Positions 54,801-64,000 of a stretch of 64,000 nt of DNA are shown in pieces. Origin of the DNA: Lytechinus pictus (taxonomy: Eukaryota); assembly GCF_037042905.1 (NCBI RefSeq), contig NC_087251.1, forward strand, positions 49,601,358 to 49,665,357, written 5' to 3'. Made by a program: the position numbers and the translations under genes. The notes beneath the pieces are model-generated. The model had not been told where the DNA came from and did not search any database. It worked only from the letters and a program-made list of their open reading frames with translations. Numbering within the stretch: position 1 is the first letter of the stretch; each line of letters opens with the position of its first letter.

Positions 54801-57800
54801 CCTAGCCTAGCCTCGCTATACAAACACACATGATCTACTAATCACAATTTGTTACCTGATATACCCCCTCTGTAGCCTTGAACATAACCATCAAGTTCAT
54901 TTTTTGGACCTCTTGATGGCTGAAACATGCATACTAGTGAAAATAATTTGCTACTAAAGAGTTTGGGCTGGTGTTTCATCCACTAGGGAATTCCCCTTGT
55001 AATAGGCCTAGTCTTGGTTGCATTATATGGCACATGAAGGTTTCTTTTTTTATTTAACTTCCTGGCTTTTCTTTAACATCTGTACACTCACTTTATCACA
55101 AAGAAATGCATGAAATATACAGATGTGTTATGTAATGACCAATTTTAATGTTACTCCTATAGTCTAGTGCCCTATGGATTTACACACATCCTACCTGTCT
55201 AGATGGAGCTCGACAATGGATGCAATGTAGGGCCCAACATCCTATAATGCAAAATTGTAGATATGCATAGTGTGCATATCTGGATGCAAGTACTGCCCAC
55301 AATTATAAATACAAGATTCACACGAGTTAAATGAGATAACAATAAAAAGAAATGAGAATTAACATACAAGCGTACTATACATTCACATCTTCCTATGACA
55401 AGGGGTGTAAGAGAGAGATAGGGAGAGAGGGGGGTTAGATGGCTTGTATTCTAAAGGAATGGGGACTAGTCTGGCTAGAAATAAGTAAAAGTTAGAACAA
55501 GATAGCAGTAGCACTCATTCTCAGCCACCCCCCCCCCCAGACACACTTACAATGCTTTTCTCCCCCTCCCCCCTCCCTCTTGAATCCACCACTATTCACT
55601 CAAATTCTGAAGTTCTCTGTTCTCCATCCCTTTCCCATGAACCAATTTCACAATTGCAATTGATCAAAGCCTATCTTATGTTTAGTATCCTGTAATGGGT
55701 GCTTTACACGAATACAGCAGTGCTCGTTGGTATACAAAAGCACACGAAAACATGCAACGCAGAGGTAACATTAGCCTACACAGCCTAGCCTAGCCTCGCT
55801 ATACAAACACACATGATCTACTAATCACAATTTGTTACCTGATATACCCCCTCTGTAGCCTTGAACATAACCATCAAGTTCATTTTTTGGACCTCTTGAT
55901 GGCTGAAACATGGATACTAGTGATAATAATTTGCTACTGAAGAGTTTGGGCTGGTGTTTCATCCACTAGGGAATTCCCCTTGCAATATAGGCCTAGTCTT
56001 GGTTGTATTATATGGCAAATGAAGGTTTCTTTTTTTATTTAACTTCCTGGCTTTTCTTTAACATCTGTACACTCACTTTATCACAAAGAAATGCATGAAA
56101 TATACAGATGTGTTATGTAATGACCAATTTTAATGTTACTCCTATAGTCTAGTGCCCTATGGATTTACACACATCCTACCTGTCTAGATGGAGCTCGACA
56201 ATGGATGCAATGTAGGGCCCAACATCCTATAATGCAAAATTGTAGATATGCATAGTGTGCATATCTGGATGCAAGTACTGCCCACAATTATAAATACCAG
56301 ATTCACACGAGTTAAATTTGATAACAATAAAAAGAAATGAGAATTAACATACAAGCGTACTATACATTCACATCTTCCTATGACAAGGGGTGTAAGAGAG
56401 AGATAGGGAGAGAGGGGGGTTAGATGGCTTGTATTCTAAAGGAATGGGGACTAGTCTGGCTAGAAATAAGTAAAAGTTAGAACAAGATAGCAGTAGCACT
56501 CATTCTCAGCCACCCCCCCCCCAGACACACTTACAATGCTTTTCTCCCCCTCCCCCCTCCCTCTTGAATCCACCACTATTCACTCAAATTCTGAAGTTCT
56601 CTGTTCTCCATCCCTTTCCCATGAACCAATTTCACAATTGCAATTGATCAAAGCCTATCTAATGTTTAGTTTCCTGTAATGGGTGCTATACACGAATACA
56701 GCAGTGCTCGTTGGTATACAAAAGCACACGAAAACATGCAACGCAGAGGTAACATTAGCCTACACAGCCTAGCCTAGCCTCGGTATACAAACACAGATGA
56801 TCTACTAATCACAATTTGTTACCTGATATACCCCCTCTGTAGCCTTAAACATAACCATCAAGTTCATTTTTTGGACCTCTTGATGGCTGAAACATGCATA
56901 CTAGTGAAAATAATTTGCTACTAAAGAGTTTGGGCTGGTGTTTCATCCACTAGGGAATTCCCCTTGTAATAGGCCTAGTCTTGGTTGCATTATATGGCAC
57001 ACGAAGGTTTCTTTTTTTATTTAACTTCCTGGCTTTTCTTTAACATCTGTACACTCACTTTATCACAAAGAAATGCATGAAATATACAGATGTGTTATGT
57101 AATGACCAATTTTAATGTTACTCCTATAGTCTAGTGCCCTATGGATTTACACACATCCTACCTGTCTAGATGGAGCTCGACAATGGATGCAATGTAGGGC
57201 CCAACATCCTATAATGCAAAATTGTAGATATGCATAGTGTGCATATCTGGATGCAAGTACTGCCCACAATTATAAATACAAGATTCACACGAGTTAAATG
57301 AGATAACAATAAAAAGAAATGAGAATTAACATACAAGCGTACTATACATTCACATCTTCCTATGACAAGGGGTGTAAGAGAGAGATAGGGAGAGAGGGGG
57401 GTTAGATGGCTTGTATTCTAAAGGAATGGGGACTAGTCTGGCTAGAAATAAGTAAAAGTTAGAACAAGATAGCAGTAGCACTCATTCTCAGCCACCCCCC
57501 CCCCAGACACACTTACAATGCTTTTCTCCCCCTCCCCCCTCCCTCTTGAATCCAACACTATTCACTCAAATTTTGAAGTTCTCTGTTCTCCATCCCTTTC
57601 CCATGAACCAATTTCACAATTGCAATTGATCAAAGCCTATCTTATGTTTAGTATCCTGTAATGGGTGCTTTACACGAATACAGCAGTGCTCGTTGGTATA
57701 CAAAAGCACACGAAAACATGCAACGCAGAGGTAACATTAGCCTACACAGCCTAGCCTAGCCTCGCTATACAAACACACATGATCTACTAATCACAATTTG

Positions 57801-60800
57801 TTACCTGATATACCCCCTCTGTAGCCTTGAACATAACCATCAAGTTCATTTTTTGGACCTCTTGATGGCTGAAACATGCATACTAGTGAAAATAATTTGC
57901 TACTAAAGAGTTTGGGCTGGTGTTTCATCCACTAGGGAATTCCCCTTGTAATAGGCCTAGTCTTGGTTGCATTATATGGCACATGAAGGTTTCTTTTTTT
58001 ATTTAACTTCCTGGCTTTTCTTTAACATCTGTACACTCACTTTATCACAAAGAAATGCATGAAATATACAGATGTGTTATGTAATGACCAATTTTAATGT
58101 TACTCCTATAGTCTAGTGCCCTATGGATTTACACACATCCTACCTGTCTAGATGGAGCTCGACAATGGATGCAATGTAGGGCCCAACATCCTATAATGCA
58201 AAATTGTAGATATGCATAGTGTGCATATCTGGATGCAAGTACTGCCCACAATTATAAATACAAGATTCACACGAGTTAAATGAGATAACAATAAAAAGAA
58301 ATGAGAATTAACATACAAGCGTACTATACATTCACATCTTCCTATGACAAGGGGTGTAAGAGAGAGATAGGGAGAGAGGGGGGTTAGATGGCTTGTATTC
58401 TAAAGGAATGGGGACTAGTCTGGCTAGAAATAAGTAAAAGTTAGAACAAGATAGCAGTAGCACTCATTCTTAGCCACCCCCCCAGACATACTTACCATGC
58501 TTTTCTCCCCCTTCCCCCCCCCCCTCCCTCTTGAATCCACCACTATTCAGTCAAATTCTAAAGTTCTCTGTTCTCCATCCCTTTCCCATGAACCAATTTC
58601 ACAATTGCAATTGATCAAAGCCTATCTTATGTTTAGTATCCTGTAATGGGTGCTTTACACGAATACAGCAGTGCTCGTTGGTATACAAAAGCACACGAAA
58701 ACATGCAACGCAGAGGTAACATTAGCCTACACAGCCTAGCCTAGCCTCGCTATACAAACACACATGATCTACTAATCACAATTTGTTACCTGATATACCC
58801 CCTCTGTAGCCTTGAACATAACCATCAAGTTCATTTTTTGGACCTCTTGATGGCTGAAACATGGATACTAGTGAAAATAATTTGCTACTGAAGAGTTTGG
58901 GCTGGTGTTTCATCCACTAGGGAATTCCCCTTGCAATATAGGCCTAGTCTTGGTTGTATTATATGGCACATGAAGGTTTCTTTTTTTATTTAACTTCCTG
59001 GCTTTTCTTTAACATCTGTACACTCACTTTATCACAAAGAAATGCATGAAATATACAGATGTGTTATGTAATGACCAATTTTAATGTTACTCCTATAGTC
59101 TAGTGCCCTATGGATTTACACACATCCTACCTGTCTAGATGGAGCTCGACAATGGATGCAATGTAGGGCCAAACATCCTATAATGCAAAATTGTAGATAT
59201 GCATAGTGTGCATATCTGGATGCAAGTACTGCCCACAATTATAAATACCAGATTCACACAAGTTAAATTTGATAACAATAAAAAGAAATGAGAATTAACA
59301 TACAAGCGTACTATACATTCACATCTTCCTATGACAAGGGGTGTAAGAGAGAGATAGGGAGAGAGGGGGGTTAGATGGCTTGTATTCTAAAGGAATGGGG
59401 ACTAGTCTGGCTAGAAATAAGTAAAAGTTAGAACAAGATAGCAGTAGCACTCATTCTCAGCCACCCCCCCCCCCAGACACACTTACAATGCTTTTCTCCC
59501 CCTCCCCCCTCCCTCTTGAATCCACCACTATTCACTCAAATTCTGAAGTTCTCTGTTCTCCATCCCTTTCCCATGAACCAATTTCACAATTGCAATTGAT
59601 CAAAGCCTATCTAATGTTTAGTTTCCTGTAATGGGTGCTATACACGAATACAGCAGTGCTCGTTGGTATACAAAAGCACACGAAAACATGCAACGCAGAG
59701 GTAACATTAGCCTACACAGCCTAGCCTAGCCTCGGTATACAAACACAGATGATCTACTAATCACAATTTGTTACCTGATATACCCCCTCTGTAGCCTTAA
59801 ACATAACCATCAAGTTCATTTTTTGGACCTCTTGATGGCTGAAACATGCATACTAGTGAAAATAATTTGCTACTAAAGAGTTTGGGCTGGTGTTTCATCC
59901 ACTAGGGAATTCCCCTTGTAATAGGCCTAGTCTTGGTTGCATTATATGGCACATGAAGGTTTCTTTTTTTATTTAACTTCCTGGCTTTTCTTTAACATCT
60001 GTACACTCACTTTATCACAAAGAAATGCATGAAATATACAGATGTGTTATGTAATGACCAATTTTAATGTTACTCCTATAGTCTAGTGCCCTATGGATTT
60101 ACACACATCCTACCTGTCTAGATGGAGCTCGACAATGGATGCAATGTAGGGCCCAACATCCTATAATGCAAAATTGTAGATATGCATAGTGTGCATATCT
60201 GGATGCAAGTACTGCCCACAATTATAAATACAAGATTCACACGAGTTAAATGAGATAACAATAAAAAGAAATGAGAATTAACATACAAGCGTACTATACA
60301 TTCACATCTTCCTATGACAAGGGGTGTAAGAGAGAGATAGGGAGAGAGGGGGGTTAGATGGCTTGTATTCTAAAGGAATGGGGACTAGTCTGGCTAGAAA
60401 TAAGTAAAAGTTAGAACAAGATAGCAGTAGCACTCATTCTCAGCCACCCCCCCCCCCCCCAGACACACTTACAATGCTTTTCTCCCCCTCCCCCCTCCCT
60501 CTTGAATCCACCACTATTCACTCAAATTCTGAAGTTCTCTGTTCTCCATCCCTTTCCCATGAACCAATTTCACAATTGCAATTGATCAAAGCCTATCTTA
60601 TGTTTAGTATCCTGTAATGGGTGCTTTACACGAATACAGCAGTGCTCGTTGGTATACAAAAGCACACGAAAACATGCAACGCAGAGGTAACATTAGCCTA
60701 CACAGCCTAGCCTAGCCTCGCTATACAAACACACATGATCTACTAATCACAAATTTGTTACCTGATATACCCCCTCTGTAGCCTTGAACATAACCATCAA

Positions 60801-63788
60801 GTTCAGTTTTTGGACCTCTTGATGGCTGAAACATGAATACTAGTGAAAATAATTTGCTACTAAAGAGTTTGGGCTGGTGTTTCATCCACTAGGGAATTCC
60901 CCTTGTAATAGGCCTAGTCTTGGTTGCATTATATGGCACATGAAGGTTTCTTTTTTTATTTAACTTCCTGGCTTTTCTTTAACATCTGTACACTCACTTT
61001 ATCACAAAGAAATGCATGAAATATACAGATGTGTTATGTAATGACCAATTTTAATGTTACTCCTATAGTCTAGTGCCCTATGGATTTACACACATCCTAC
61101 CTGTCTAGATGGAGCTCGACAATGGATGCAATGTAGGGCCCAACATCCTATAATGCAAAATTGTAGATATGCATAGTGTGCATATCTGGATGCAAGTACT
61201 GCCCACAATTATAAATACAAGATTCACACGAGTCAAATGAGATAACAATAAAAAGAAATGAGAATTAACATACAAGCGTACTATACATTCACATCTTCCT
61301 ATGACAAGGGGTGTAAGAGAGAGATAGGGAGAGAAGGGGGTAAGATGGCTTGTATTCTAAAGGAATGGGGACTAGTCTGGCTAGAAATAAGTAAAAGTTA
61401 GAACAAGATAGCAGTAGCACTCATTCTCAGCCACCCCCCCCCCCCCAGACATACTTACCATGCTTTTCTCCCCCTCCCCCCCCCCTCCCTCTTGAATCCA
61501 CCACTATTCAGTCAAATTCTAAAGTTCTCTGTTCTCCATCCCTTTCCCATGAACCAATTTCACAATTGCAATTGATCAAAGCCTATCTTATGTTTAGTAT
61601 CCTGTAATGGGTGCTTTACACGAATACAGCAGTGCTCGTTTGTATACAAAAGCACACGAAAACATGCAACGCAGAGGTAACATTAGCCTACACAGCCTAG
61701 CCTAGCCTCGCTATACAAACACACATGATCTACTAATCACAATTTGTTACCTGATATACCCCCTCTGTAGCCTTGAACATAACCATCAAGTTCATTTTTT
61801 GGACCTCTTGATGGCTGAAACATGCATACTAGTGAAAATAATTTGCTACTGAAGAGTTTGGGCTGGTGTTTCATCCACTAGGGAATTCCCCTTGCAATAT
61901 AGGCCTAGTCTTGGTTGTATTATATGGCACATGAAGGTTTCTTTTTTTATTTAACTTCCTGGCTTTTCTTTAACATCTGTACACTCACTTTATCACAAAG
62001 AAATGCATGAAATATACAGATGTGTTATGTAATGACCAATTTTAATGTTACTCCTATAGTCTAGTGCCCTATGGATTTACACACATCCTACCTGTCTAGA
62101 TGGAGCTCGACAATGGATGCAATGTAGGGCCAAACATCCTATAATGCAAAATTGTAGATATGCATAGTGTGCATATCTGGATGCAAGTACTGCCCACAAT
62201 TATAAATACCAGATTCACACGAGTTAAATTTGATAAAAATAAAAAGAAATGAGAATTAACATACAAGCGTACTATACATTCACATCTTCCTATGACAAGG
62301 GGTGTAAGAGAGAGATAGGGAGAGAGGGGGGTTAGATGGCTTGTATTCTAAAGGAATGGGGACTAGTCTGGCTAGAAATAAGTAAAAGTTAGAACAAGAT
62401 AGCAGTAGCACTCATTCTCAGCCACCCCCCCCCCCCCCAAACACACTTACAATGCTTTTCTCCCCCTCCCCCCTCCCTCTTGAATCCACCACTATTCACT
62501 CAAATTCTGAAGTTCTCTGTTCTCCATCCCTTTCCCATGAACCAATTTCACAATTGCAATTGATCAAAGCCTATCTAATGTTTAGTTTCCTGTAATGGGT
62601 GCTATACACGAATACAGCAGTGCTCGTTGGTATACAAAAGCACACGAAAACATGCAACGCAGAGGTAACATTAGCCTACACAGCCTAGCCTAGCCTCGGT
62701 ATACAAACACAGATGATCTACTAATCACAATTAGTTACCTGATATACCCCCTCTGTAGCCTTGAACATAACCATCAAGTTCAGTTTTTGGACCTCTTGAT
62801 GGCTGAAACATGCATACTAGTGAAAATAATTTGCAACTAAAGAGTTTGGGCTGGTGTTTCATCCACTAGGGAATTCCCCTTGTAATAGGCCTAGTCTTGG
62901 TTGCATTATATGGCACATGAAGGTTTCTTTTTTTATTTAACTTCCTGGCTTTTCTTTAACATCTGTACACTCACTTTATCACAAAGAAATGCATGAAATA
63001 TACAGATGTGTTATGTAATGACCAATTTTAATGTTACTCCTATAGTCTAGTGCCCTATGGATTTACACACATCCTACCTGTCTAGATGGAGCTCGACAAT
63101 GGATGCAATGTAGGGCCCAACATCCTATAATGCAAAATTGTAGATATGCATAGTGTGCATATCTGGATGCAAGTACTGTCCACAATTATAAATACAAGAT
63201 GCACACGAGTTAAATGAGATAACAATAAAAAGAAATGAAAATTAACATACAAGCGTACTATACATTCACATCTTCCTATGACAAGGGGTGTAAGAGAGAG
63301 ATAGGGAGAGAAGGGGGTTAGATGGCTTGTATTCTAAAGGAATGGGGACTAGTCTGGCTAGAAATAAGTAAAAGTTAGAACAAGATAGCAGTAGCACTCA
63401 TTCTCAGCCACCCCCCCCAGACATACTTACCATGCTTTTCTCCCCCTCCCCCCCCCCCCTCCCTCTTGAATCCACCACTATTCAGTCAAATTCTAAAGTT
63501 CTCTGTTCTCCATCCCTTTCCCATGAACCAATTTCACAATTGCAATTGATCAAAGCCTATCTTATGTTTAGTATCCTGTAATGGGTGCTTTACACGAATA
63601 CAGCAGTGCTCGTTTGTATACAAAAGCACACGAAAACATGCAACGCAGAGGTAACATTAGCCTACACAGCCTAGCCTAGCCTCGCTATACAAACACACAT
63701 GATCTACTAATCACAATTTGTTACCTGATATACCCCCTCTGTAGCCTTGAACATAACCATCAAGTTCATTTTTTGGACCTCTTGATGG
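9843..63788 (-). CDS. Putative spliced coding region: repeated two-exon module (47+64 nt) encoding a 37-aa HEAT/ARM-like repeat; 5' end outside the window; may be partly or wholly a pseudogene
   Basis: Both segments have AG/GT boundaries in nearly every monomer, their phases are complementary, and only one frame is stop-free across U3-U56. That frame stops at TAG 9843-9845 after an 8-nt insertion in U2. The acceptor is mutated in U28 and U43. No expression evidence. Confidence 0.45.
10494..10557 (-). CDS. Example putative 64-nt exon (U2): C+HQEVQKMNLMVMFKATEGVYQ
   Basis: Minus strand tgcatgtttcag|CCATCAAGAG...GTATATCAG|gtaaca; phase 2 in, phase 0 out. Confidence 0.45.
10835..10881 (-). CDS. 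Example putative 47-nt exon (U3): DV(W/G)PYIASIVELHLD+AG
   Basis: Minus strand ttttgcattatag|GATGTT...CTAGACAG|gtagga; phase 0 in, phase 2 out. Confidence 0.45.
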
Positions 63789-64000
63789 CTGAAACATGCA
63801 TACTAGTGAAAATAATTTGCTACTGAAGAGTTTGGGCTGGTGTTTCATCCACTAGGGAATTCCCCTTGCAATATAGAACTAGTCTTGGTTGTATTATATG
63901 GCACATGAAGGTTTCTTTTTTTATTTAACTTCCTGGCTTTTCTTTAACATCTGTACACTCACTTTATCACAAAGAAATGCATGAAATATACAGATGTGTT

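Larger units (their letters stand above)
8421..64000. repeat. Tandem array (macrosatellite) of ~986-bp monomers, 56 complete copies plus a partial one, continuing beyond the window
   Basis: The anchor AAATATACAGATGTG recurs at 9757, 10753, 11736, 12730 ... 62996, 63984 (55 intervals, mean about 986 bp). The first monomer, 8421-9756, is lengthened by two insertions. Confidence 0.99.

Noticed and set aside
8421..64000. 5S rRNA, tRNA, snRNA or histone tandem gene cluster
   Set aside because: I recognise no such gene sequence on either strand of the monomer; a covariance-model search would be needed to exclude it fully.

Overview
AT-rich eukaryotic DNA; the repeat families look echinoderm (sea-urchin-like), which is an inference. 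Bases 1-8420 are a cluster of nested non-autonomous transposons: a Kolobok-type TTAA element carrying a LINE 3' fragment, a Harbinger-like MITE, an IS3EU-like foldback element with a 6-bp TSD and 21-bp minisatellite arms, hAT-like fragments, and a pair of GGACAA-repeat arms. Bases 8421-64000 are a tandem array of 56 complete ~986-bp monomers (U1-U56) that runs off the window end. The array shows A/B variant alternation and 5-, 15- and 18-monomer block duplications. The most interesting signal is that each monomer holds two minus-strand AG/GT-bounded segments of 47 and 64 nt. They join in frame into a 37-aa HEAT-like repeat (DVGPYIASIVELHLDSHQEVQKMNLMVMFKATEGVYQ). The 'satellite' may therefore be an amplified two-exon module of a repeat-protein gene. 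This is a prediction with no transcript evidence. None of the listed ORFs looks like a real gene.
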